Of a stretch of DNA of 64,000 nt, positions 12,695-24,426 are shown piece by piece (position 1 is the stretch's first letter; the number at the start of each line of letters is the position of its first letter). The position numbers and the translations under genes were made by a program. The notes under the pieces were generated by a model. The model was given only the letters and a program-made list of their open reading frames with translations, was not told the origin of the DNA and ran no database searches. This DNA comes from Nemertoderma westbladi (taxonomy: Eukaryota > Animalia > Xenacoelomorpha): assembly GCA_032718475.1 (NCBI GenBank), contig JAUCBJ010007359.1:62001-126000 (forward strand), written 5' to 3'.

Positions 12695-13899
12695 TGTAAA
12701 GGCTTTTGCGTAATTAGCCGGTTATTTTCCCCGTGAAGTACTCTGTAGTTGGTTTACCAGGCATAAAAGGGCCGTGTCCTTACTGTACTGTACATAAAAG
12801 TAATTTCTTCTGTATGTGTACTTTAGCGGACATAATCCGCAATTCCATGACACAAAAGCCGAAATACTCTTGGAACAGTGTAGTTACTAAGACGACAGCT
12901 AATAGCTGAGCTGTACACGTGGAGCCTCTGCACGGAGCCTTGGTTCTTTGTTCTGCTCAGCTCAAATGACGACATCTATCAGCTGTGTCCACGTCAGTTC
13001 GACCAATCAGAGATTTTCCCTTTGTGTAAAAGCTGTACAGCAGAATCCCATGATTCAGTACTGACGTTTCCCCCACGCCTAAGAACACCGGCCGTGGAAT
13101 GTTTTCTAACATTAGAGCGTCTTTAATTATAAGATCATCAAACTGTTATCTCGGTACTGACTACAGCACCTCGGTTTTGCACCTCGGTCTTGGTCAACTT
13201 GGTTAAGTACACTTGCATTATTTGCTGCTATTTACTGTGTTGTTAATTGTATCGTTCGTTTACATATTATTATTGGGAAGAATATTGATAACGATCCGAA
13301 AACCCAATCTTCTTGATACACTAAGGTTAGAGAGACCGGTTACATATAACAATTTGCGACATACATTATCGTGGTTTGTAGTGAATTCAATGCTACCTAA
13401 TAGGCCCTACAAATGTCGGTTGTTATTCTCTTTATATATGATTAAAATCAGTGAATGTCGGCAATTCAGTGTGCAGTTGTGTGCAATAGTCTGTGTGTGC
13501 TTGACCGAGTAACAAAGCATTTCCTAAAGAATGCACTTTGGTGATCTATAAGACATACTGTTGTGTATAGTGTAAGTCATAGCTCTGTTTAAATAGATAG
13601 AGCGCCACGTCCTAAAGGAACTGCTAATATTTCCCGAAAGTGAATAATATTCGTCAGAGATTATATATTAACGATCAATCGAATAGTACGGTAGGCCTGC
13701 ACCGCAATCAAATTAAAGCATCCAAATCCAGTCTCCCGGGTATATCCAGCGGGTGAATGGTCGCGCACAGACTGGCTTTGGCTAATGTTAGAATTATTAT
13801 AGGTGTTCAATACTTGTCATAGGCTGGAGTAGATTTATAACCTAGAAGACATATAGATTTGGCGGGTTAAACTGCCAAAGGTCTTCAAAAGCCCGAACA
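12695..13899 (+). repeat. 5' LTR of copy C
   Basis: TGTAAAGGC...CCGAACA; direct repeat of 23215-24421 with two small indels and few substitutions by eye. Confidence 0.96.
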
Positions 13900-14259
13900 A
13901 TAACAGTTTGTAAAATTCTTGATTGCAGTGTAGGCAATAAATACAGTTTAATATTGTTCTGATAAGAACAATAACAGTTTGTAGGATCTTGATTGCGGCG
14001 TAAGCGATCAAGACTAAAGTACCGGTCGACCGGTAACCAGTAGGCCTGACTGCCTGATCATCCGGACCGGTACTTACAACAGTACAGGTACAGCAGTATT
14101 ATTCGATTTTGATAATTATATACCGGTAGGTCTCGATATTAAATCGGGGACGCCTGGTTTTTATTGGGATTTTACTTAGGTCTATTTCTGTCAGTTTTAT
14201 TTACTAGTAGGATAATATTGAGCAGAAGGCGTGTAACCCTGCTCAGATTGTACAGATAA

Positions 14260-14830
14260 TTTGTAGGCTGGACTGTTGTTCTGACTGTTGTTGAGTCTGA
14301 ACGGATTGCAGTGTGTGTAGAGTCTGTCCGATAAAGTGCCAGTTAGTAAGTAGGGGCAGCCAGAGCTGTAAGGTCAACCCCCTCCTAAAGAATAAGTCGT
14401 ACTACCGTGTTAGAACGCATACTAACTAACCATTTCGGAATCTGCATATACTGTAGTTTATTTAGGCTTGATAGTAGTCTGCCAGCGTTTTAGCCTGTGT
14501 TTGTTTGTGTGGTCTGTTCAGGTACCGTAATAGTTATTACTCAGATATTTTGTAGGCTGGATTGTTGTCTAGCTGTTATTAGGTCTGAAGAGATTGCTGC
14601 GTGTGTAGAGTCTGTCCGATAAAGTGCCAGTTAGTAAGTAGGGGCAGCCAGAGCTGTAAGGTCAACCCCTCCTAAAGAATAAGTCGTACTACCGTGTTAG
14701 AACGCATACTAACTAACCATTTTGGAATCTGCATATACTGTAGTTTATTTAGGCTTGATGGTAGTCTGCCAGCGTTTGGTTTGTAATTTGTTTGAGTAGT
14801 TTGTACGGGTAGCGTAATATTTATTATTCA
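14260..14830 (+). repeat. ~289-bp tandem duplication in the leader of copy C
   Basis: TTTGTAGGCTGGA at 14260 and 14549 with near-identical downstream sequence; single copy in element B (~30740-30960). Confidence 0.88.
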
Positions 14831-16143
14831 GAGTTTATGCGATTATTCGCAACATTCATATCCCTAAGTTTATTCCTACAGTAATTGTGCTTGTTATATA
14901 TACCGTTATAGTTAAATTAACCCCGGTACTACACGGGCTGCTTGGCGTAGGTAAAGACTGGTGATCTTGTGCACCGGTCACTCCAGCAGATGCCGTGGTT
15001 CTTTTAGCTGTTCAAGTATTTTAACTACTGATTATTTGTTGTACAAGTACTTGTACCTAATTTAGGGTTTAGTGTACAGTGCTTTCCGAAGGTAATTAGT
15101 GTGTAGGCAGTATATTTGTGTTGTAAAGTGGTTAATAGGCACGTTGGTTCTGGTAGACCGCGGTAATTAACTTCTAGGTAGGGACACTCCGTGATACATA
15201 ACGTAGTACCTATAGCGATACGGCTATAGGTCGTCAGGCGGTGGTATTTTCCTATCTGGACAACACAGTGTATTTACTACTACTTATTATTTTCAAATAC
15301 CGTAGTATCCTGTCCGTTGTAATAACCAGAAAATCTAACACTCTGTTAGACTGGTTTGTAGTTCCCTGTAAAATTACCCTAAAATTTCGTACGTAATATT
15401 TTTGTTGTGTTTAATTAGAGATTTAATCTCATCCGTATCGTAAGTAATTCGTAGATAAGTAACTTAGGAAGTAGAATTATTTGTTTTAGTGTCCAATAAG
15501 TAGCACTTCACTGAGAGCGCACAGCTTTTGTGTAGTGATTACTTCCCAGAAATAATAACATCTATTTCAATATTGTAACAAAACCCCTCATACGGGTACA
15601 TATAAATCCACTAAATCTATTAATAAAATAGTAGGCCTGTTATACAACACTTAGGTCTTAATATCAGTTGGACTGCTGCTCAAATAACGGTAATAAAGTA
15701 AGTAAAGTAACCAAGTAACCCCTAACATTCAGAAATTCAATTATTTTAAAATAATTGACATACCGGTATTTACAATAGGCTTATTATATTTATTCTATAA
15801 ATTTAGGCTGAAATCATACCGGTATTCTGTAATTAATTCTAGTCTGTAATAATTATACTTATATATACTGTAAGTGTCAGCTGTATACCGGTATTCACAA
15901 TAGGCCTATTATATATTTATATATATTTGTGCCAAAATTATATACCTGTATTCTGTGACAAATCTAGTCTGTAATAATACTTATATATCTACTATAAGCA
16001 TACCGGTATTCTAATATATTATATATATCACGCTACACTGAGTAGCAGTATCGGTAATTAATTGTTAGGCTAACAGTGATACTGAATTACTAGACTTGCT
16101 TTAACTGTAATATAGCAGTAGGCATTCAACTGTACAATCAAAC

Positions 16144-19100
16144 ATGGCTGACACAAGGCAAACTCTGTCAGATAGTCTCCTAGAAACAACAGCCTGTTTC
16201 TCAGATCAAAGTGTAGAGAATCCCAGACCGAGGTCTGAAACCCCTCATACTGTAAGAAGGGCAACCCCTGCAGTGGTTGTGTCAGAACCTAGGTTGGTAG
16301 GAGCGATTTCGCAATTTGCGAAGTTAGTGAAGCGCCGTTGGTCTGCCATAGGCAATCGGGCCCAAGTCAAGCGGGATCAAGAAGCAGCTATAAAACAGCA
16401 GCAACCTCCTAGCCAAGAACCTAGTTCTCAGCGGCCCGATAACTCCAGTAGTTCGGATACTGTTGAGCGGACGCCAGAACGCGGAGCGAAGATGGCGGAT
16501 ACGGTTTATGATGAGCGGCCAACCTATGAAGAATCAACCGACGCCACTTCTTCTCAAGTGGAAAGCGAAGTGGAAAGCGAATTAACAGCAGCAGAGAAGC
16601 CGCGAACTAGAGACGCCATTGACATCTATCTGTCAGACTATCAGCGATTCCTAGGAGACGAAGAGTTGAGGAGACGACTGTCTGGACTTCGCCCTAATAG
16701 TGAAGGAACCAAGCTTGTGTTGGACGCAATCGATGCGGAAATGTTAGCTGCAAACCAAGCTAAATTTGATGAAAAACTCCGCCTCGCTAGAGTCCAAGAA
16801 GAACAAGTAAAGAAAAAACGGATAGAGGACCGAAAGGCAGCAGCAGTAGCAGCGGCAATGGCAGAAGCAGAAGTGGAAAGAAAGATGGCAATGGCGGCAA
16901 AGGCAGTGGCAGAAGCAGAACGGAGAGCATCTGAGGAGACTACCCAACTGGAGTTGGAAAATCTGCAAGAGACGCAAGACTGCATAAATAAACAGTTAAC
17001 TGCTAGTCAAATGCAGATGATGAGGCGATCTACTCCCAAACGCCAAGGATACACATCATCGGAGGAAGGCGAGACCACCGATCCTGAAGGCGGAGGAAAT
17101 AGATCTCGTCTAAGCAGGCGTAGAAAAACATCTCACCGTCACAAATTGCCTGATTTGCCCCCAGCGGTTAGAAGACAACTAGCTAGCACAGACTTAGGTA
17201 GTACAGAACCCACAGACCAAATTATTAAGGTCAAAAGACTCCCTACTATAGTTGATGAGCCTGAAATAATTAGGCCTGTCGTTCCCAAAGCCACTCCTGT
17301 GCTAGAGACACCTGTACTTCCAGAGCTTAACTCTAAATTCCCTCTACACAGTACTACACTGCCTGTACCCGGTAGAACAGTCCATGCGAATATCCCTGTC
17401 CTGGACACTGAGAGAGAAATCAAAGATTTGTCTCCCGTCGTCCCGCGTCTGCCCGCTACAATGTTGGCGACTCCCGCTTCGGCGGTCGAGTGGGGACGGC
17501 GGGGGATGAATCTCCTGCTCGGACAGATGCAGGAGACTGTCCACCAACTCAAGGGAACATTAAGGGAAAGTAGGGTAGAATTGCAAGAAGTGCAGCAAAG
17601 CATCGCGCTAGAACGCGACAAATTAGTCAATATACAAAAGGGTATACCAATACCCCCTGTAACATTGTGTCAACCTGTTAGGTCTGAAGTATTACATGCG
17701 CAAGGTGTGGAGCCTACACGCATCTATACTGCTAGTGAAGTAGAAACTCCTATAGCAAACCCTATTAAGGGTGATTATAAACTTGTTGTTAATGATATTC
17801 CCTATAGACCTGATAATAATCCGAGAAATTTATATAACGATAATTCGATATTAAATAATACGATGGCCCAAGAAAGCTTTACGCGTCAGATGGCTAGAAC
17901 AGAAGCCCGCCAAGCGGTCAAAGTGGGAGAAATCGTCAAATTCAATGGAGATGAGATGAAATGGTTATCTTTCAATGAATATTACAAAGATAGCATACAG
18001 AACTCTGCACTATCTAACGGAGAGAAACTTAGATTCCTCATCAAGTGCTTGGAAGGACCTCCCAAGTTAATGGCGTTAAAGTTTATTGGACATCCAGATG
18101 GATTAAGACAAGTTTGGGATACATTAAACATCAGGTATGGTAACAAGGATAACATAGCTAAGTATTTGTATACAAAATTAGTAGCCCCCTGAAAGTTCCT
18201 TAGTAGCGGGATTATAGAGTTTTCCGATGAGATTCAGGAGATCTGTAGACAATTGGATTGGTTAGGTAAGTCTCATGAATATCAGAGTTCCATGGTTATT
18301 GGAGCCGTAGTCTCTACTTTACCAAAGGGTGGAGTATGTACACGCTGGGACAAGAAAGTGTTGTATATGAATGAGCAGCAACGACGAGGCCCTACCATGG
18401 CTGATCTCATGTCCTTCTTAGATAGTGAAGTAAAATTACAACTCATAAAGCAGTCCAGAGAGAAAACATCGGAAAATAAGGTAAGTGAGAAACCCATTTC
18501 TAGGAGAAGGGTAACACCAGTGTGTTATACTGACGACGGCGAAAGCCAAGCTTCTCAAGAAGAGGACAGCGGGAAAGACACAGCAAAATCTTACTATGAC
18601 AACAAGACCTATAAAGACGTAAGTAAATATAAGTCTCGAACCAGTGACAGGAGAGAACAGGTAACAACAACTCCTCCTACGTCTCCTAAGAGAATTCACG
18701 GAAGAAAGCCCGAAGAAAGAACGAGAGTGCATAACGTTGCCCAAGGTAAAGTGAGTAACATCAAACCAAAATGTGCGCTGTGCGACGGGCCCCACCGTTT
18801 GAGTGTGTGTGCTGAATTCCTAAAGAAACCCCTGGTAGACAGACGTGAAGTCATGTGGGATAAGCGGTTATGCTATAATTGCCTCAGACAAGGACACCAA
18901 CGGCGAACCTGTTACTCCGACATAAGGTGTGCAAAGTGCGGTGCGAAACATCACATCTTGTTACACAGTGAATTCGAACGAAACAACCCGAGTCAGGTAA
19001 GTGAGCCCGAACTACATGTCCAATTCAGTGATGTAAATGACACTGATCAAGAATCTGAGATGGAAGGATTCTATACGGACGAATTCTCCGACGCCAACGA

Positions 19101-20202
19101 ATCCTGTTACCTAATAAATACCGCAGTGTATCGAGCACTTATGTATGAAAAGGACACCGACAATGAGTTCCCCCCAACTACCTTTGACAGACAACCATCT
19201 TGGAAACCTCCAACTTCCAACGTAGGAATCAGAGAATTTCCTGTGGTGCAGGTAAGAGTTCACGGTCCTAACAAAAGTTACATAGTGAACGCCCTCCTTG
19301 ACTCCGGCAGCACAGGTCCATTCATCGATCAAGAACTAGCCGAAGACATCTTTGCTGGACAACCCAAATTCCGAACTAAGTTGAATATGTCAGGAATTAT
19401 GCAGGTGAAATCTACCATAACGGCAGATTACTATGTAGGTGTGTTGTCCACCCCCCAGGATAAATTAGGAGAACAAAGTATAAGGTCAGTAAAAATGGTG
19501 GCTATAAAGAACTTCGCTACTACCCAAGTAGAACCTTATAACTGGGACGAGGACAAGAGCATCCAGCAGCTTAAGATACCTCGATTCCACACAGATTATC
19601 CTGGAGTGCAAATACTCATCGGCCAAAACGCGCATGAGGCGCTAGAGACATTGGAGAAACGGCCTGCTCAACCACAGCCACTACAAACCTATGCGGTAAG
19701 AACTAGAGTAGGTTGGTACTTCACTGGCCCTTCCCGTAGAACTCTCAAAGAGAGATTACCTCAAGAACAGGTATACCAGGTAAAGGAATGGGAAGTGGAG
19801 AGCAGTGAGGTGGACGACCCAACTGAGAGAACACCATACTCCTCAGATAATGACGATATTAACTCCACTATAGATCAATGGAGACATTGCCTTGGGACGA
19901 TTAATCCAGCCGACATTGCTTCCAGAGGAGCAACTCCTCAAGAACTGATAGATACTCCAGGCTGGTTAGGTGGATCCAACTTCTTAAGTAAAGAAGAAGA
20001 AGAATGGCCTCCTCATCTTACCACGGCGGAGATTAGACAGGCCAAGGGAGCGGAGAAAGTAACACAACAACTCAATCGCCCAGCTGGTCGTTTATGTTTA
20101 CTGGAAAGAGACCGAAAACTGTCCGGAAAATATGGAAGGCAAGATACTCTTCCTACGACCACTTCCCTAATCCGACAAATATCTAGGGACTCCATAACGT
20201 AA
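16144..20202 (+). pseudogene. gag: Single-frame Gag-protease polyprotein (~1350 codons) with one premature stop; RT, RNase H core and integrase deleted
   Basis: ORFs 16144-18192 and 18253-20202 are in the same frame; TGA at 18190 is CGA in copies A and B. Coiled-coil N-terminus, DUF1759-like region, three Cys/His knuckles typical of BEL/Pao, ALLDSGS, NPADIASRG, RPAGRLCLLE. Confidence 0.92.
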
Positions 20203-21851
20203 TAACATAGGGAGTGGGCGTGTGACTATATCATTTTATATTTGTTTTTATTTTATATTTATGTATGTATTATTATGTAATTTTATTATAATCGTTTTCT
20301 TTAATTTTATTTAGTAGAATGTTATTTTAGTGATTATTTAGTAGATTAGTGCAATATATTAGTGTTTATTACGTACGTAATTACTTATAATATATATTTA
20401 GTGCGACGGCGAGAAATAATTATTTTTCTCTTTCCTTACTGTCCATATCATATTATAAATACGTGACTACATTAAGATGAAATGTCCGTACTTATTAAAG
20501 TACAATAAAGCCACTACTATATTCAAGTATTATTGGTAGGCAGAGTATTAGGAATGCAAAGTTCAGATCCTCGTGTCTCGGCTAAACCAAGCTCTGGGTA
20601 GACCTTGGAAACGACTTGCCTCTTCACACTGACATTGCTTCGTGCGATATTGCTCTCATACCATATATAATAATACATATAGTAGCGTGATGTCCCTCTA
20701 ACAGTAGCGTGAAACGCAAATAAATCTGTTAAACCTTTTGACCATCTGTAATTCTAGTCGATTAAGATATCGCGGCACCCACCGATATACTTGAAAGACA
20801 AATTCTAGAATCAGTGGTTAACGTCCCCAGACAAGTTCTGGAATAAATTGGTGCCCATCTCAAATATTAATTATTTAATATTTACAAATCTATAAATCAA
20901 AATCTGTAAAATTCAGATCCTTTAACAATTCTAGTCGATTAAGATATCGTAGCACTTACCGATACTCTTAAAAGACAATTTTCATAGAATTAAGGATCCT
21001 ATGTCCCCAGACCTGCTCTGGAATCAAATTGTGTCAATTGTACTATCAAATAATAAAATTTCTGGGAATAAATTTAAATTCATATTTTAATGAATTTGAT
21101 AAATTGTCATTCTGTGCAATTTATAACATTCCCAAAATCCCATTAATTAATAGATCACGGGAGCGGAGATTCATCCTATGAAGTGTGTTAGAGTGTGAGA
21201 ATCTCCCATGTATGAGTCAATAGCCGATAAATTTTATAAAATCATGTATAAACGAGATATTGGACCATTAAAGAATTACTATTAAATAGCATCCCAGATC
21301 TGTATGCATTGGAATTACCCTAATTCTACCGCTAGCTTTCCATAATGTCACCATAGTAACACTCACGCTAGAATTAGAAGCAAGTTAAAAAGAACAATAG
21401 AAAGCTTGCCCCATTGCATAGTAAGAAATAAATAGCGCACTGCTAGTATCCAAGGATACATAATAATAACGTGGCATTCTGGAAGGCACTGACTAACGGA
21501 CAAATGGCCCGAGTATGTGTAATTTGTGACAGTTGTGTGTGTGGAATTTGTGAGTTTATAGGCGAATGTTACTACTAAGGTGTGTTTACAGTAGCGAGTC
21601 GCAATTGTGAAAGTAACCCTAACTCTCCAGTAAGAACCTGAAGTGTATCTAAGCCTTTGGGACGGACAGTGGAGTAACTTGTGCTAGTGTCGTTGTCGTT
21701 GTGTAGCTACACGTTGGCGGAAAACACAGCGACGACGATACATTTGCCCTGAGGATCATACACTGTCCGGGGGCTGATTGGGGTAGGCAGCGACGCTCGC
21801 TAGCCTTATTATAAGCTCATTATAATATTAATAAACTCATATATAGCAGAT

Positions 21852-23188
21852 ATAACGGAGTTGATAGAAGATGGTCTTGGTATCGGGGAGCGATATACTC
21901 TACCTTTACAAGTGTTTGTTGATAGCTTGATACGCGGCGACGCTAGTCCAACTACTACGGAGGACGATGGTCGTTATATCGAACCGACGATTTCCTAGAA
22001 GCAACTTACGCGTGAATTGGACTATGGAAAATTCACCGCTCGCTACACGCATCGTAATAGTACGTATATGGACTTCTTAACCATTGGCCATTCTATCGAT
22101 TCACACGATACGGACTATGTCGAACATATATCCTACCCAGCGGAGTCGGAACGATAAACTGAAATTCGAATGCGAAAATTCTATTCGAAATCGACTCGAA
22201 AGAAAAGACATTAGAGAGACAAATGGACGCGGTAACTCTAACGTATATTTGGAATTCTTGATAGAAGCATTGTAACAACAAATAAATATCATCCGTGTTT
22301 CCCCTACCAGACGTGCGTCTTTGGTATTATTACGATAAATGCCCTAGACCCAACTAGTAGGCGGAAGGACATAAACATCCACGGAAACCGAAACTTGTTC
22401 GACATATCACCTATGCTCGCTCGACTCAGATGATCCTTGAGTAAACCTACGATCATAGTTCCGGAATACTCGGTCAGACCACCTCATTCCTTGATTAGAC
22501 CTCAGACTTTCGATTCTGATGGTATCCCGGATCCTCACGAACTGTATTCACTGTTCAAAGATCTAGTGCTACCCTAACAATTAATCGGTAACACTCCGGC
22601 AGCGAGCTCTAGCTAGCCGCCCATCTTACCTAGCCGTATTGGGACGCGGACACCTAATATCACCATTCAACTGTATGGTCGTCCCAGTTTAACGCGATAC
22701 AACCCTTCATCAAGGTGAAGGAGAGCGTTGTACGAAACGAGTTAAACGCTATTCTACAAAGATCAGAAAGGAAACCTGCGTTTGTTCAGATAAACGTAAG
22801 TTATAACAGCAAGTCCAAGCGGTAAACGAATTGGCTTATCTCAGTTCGATTGGGAAATCTTGAATCTCTAAGAAGATATCGAGCTTTGACAACCCTATTC
22901 TCTGCGAGAGTTTTGGACGAGCGTGTCCAACGACAAGCGGAGGAAAATCAGCTCGAGGAGAAGCAGATCAAAATGGACGAGACACTGACCGTAACCCTAA
23001 ACCTTCTGATGCAATGGTATTGCACCCTTCACCCAGGAGTTACAGCCCTCCTAGTAAAGTGGCTCGCCCCAAAGAGAAAAGAACTCTTGCTAGCCTCAAA
23101 AAGCTGCGTAAACGCCGTCCGCGTAAGAAAGACTAACTGTTTAGAGTATTTTTATATTTTAGAAACTGTGATTTGTTATATTTTATAG
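21852..23188 (+). pseudogene. Degenerate accessory ORF region of copy C
   Basis: Start ATG changed to ATA, several stops and frameshifts. Homologous to 4026-4944 plus ~450 bp absent from copy A. Confidence 0.65.
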
Positions 23189-23214
23189 ACTTAAATCCCA
23201 TTTTCTGGGAGCGG

Positions 23215-24421
23215 TGTAAAGGCTTTTGCGTAATTAGCCGGTTATTTTCCCCATGAAGTACTCTGTAGTTGGTTTACCAGGCATAAAAGGGCCGTGTCCT
23301 TACTGTACTGGTGTTTTAGAGGACATAAAAGTAATTTCTTCTGTATGTGTACTTTAGCGGACATAATCCGCAATTCCATGACGCAAAAGCCGAAATACTC
23401 TTGGAACAGTGTAGTTACTAAGACGACAGCTAATAGCTGAGCTGTACATGTGGAGCCTCTGCACGGAGCCTTGGTTCTTTGTTCTGCTCAGCTCAAATGA
23501 CGACATCTATCAGCTGTGTCCACGTCAGTTCGACCAATCAGAGATTTTCCCTTTGTGTAAAAGCTGTACAGCAGAATCCCATGATTCAGTACTGACGTTT
23601 CCCCCACGCCTGGCCGTGGAATGTTTTCTAACATTAGAGCGTCTTTAATTATAAGATCATCAAACTGTTATCTCGGTACTGACTACAGCACCTCGGTTTT
23701 GCACCTCGGTCTTGGTCAACTTGGTTAAGTACACTTGCATTATTTGCTGCTATTTACTGTGTTGTTAATTGTATCGTTCGTTTACATATTATTATTGGGA
23801 AGAATATTGATAACGATCCGAAAACCCAATCTTCTTGATACACTAAGGTTAGAGAGACCGGTTACATATAACAATTTGCGACATACATTATCGTGGTTTG
23901 TAGTGAATTCAATGCTACCTAATAGGCCCTACAAATGTCGGTTGTTATTCTCTTTATATATGATTAAAATCAGTGAATGTCGGCAATTCAGTGTGCAGTT
24001 GTGTGCAATAGTCTGTGTGTGCTTGACCGAGTAACAAAGCATTTCCTAAAGAATGCACTTTGGTGATCTATAAGACATACTGTTGTGTATAGTGTAAGTC
24101 ATAGCTCTGTTTAAATAGATAGAGCGCCACGTCCTAAAGGAACTGCTAATATTTCCCGAAAGTGAATAATATTCGTCAGAGATTATATATTAACGATCAA
24201 TCGAATAGTACGGTAGGCCTGCACCGCAATCAAATTAAAGCATCCAAATCCAGTCTCCCGGGTATATCCAGCGGGTGAATGGTCGCGCACAGACTGGCTT
24301 TGGCTAATGTTAGAATTATTATAGGTGTTCAATACTTGTCATAGGCTGGAGTAGATTTATAACCTAGAAGACATATAGATTTGGCGGGTTAAACTGCCAA
24401 AGGTCTTCAAAAGCGCGAACA
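23215..24421 (+). repeat. 3' LTR of copy C
   Basis: TGTAAAGGC...GCGAACA, preceded by the PPT and followed by TSD GGTAT. Confidence 0.96.
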
Positions 24422-24426
24422 GGTAT

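Larger units (their letters stand above)
12695..24421 (+). mobile_element. Structurally complete BEL/Pao non-autonomous copy C (11.7 kb)
   Basis: TG...CA termini, two near-identical ~1.2-kb LTRs, 5-bp TSD GGTAT at 12690-12694 and 24422-24426, PPT GGGAGCGG before 23215. Confidence 0.97.

Noticed and set aside
13213-13512. 99-aa hydrophobic ORF repeated at 23735-24034
   Set aside because: It lies inside the LTR (hence duplicated), has a non-ATG start, and is not open in the A or B LTRs.
16641-19332. Antisense ORFs over gag (also over the LINE and the CRE fragment)
   Set aside because: Shadows of the sense coding frames with no recognisable motifs.
24357-24426. C-terminus of the 931-aa ORF
   Set aside because: Read-through from B gag into the antisense LTR of C; not part of the original protein.
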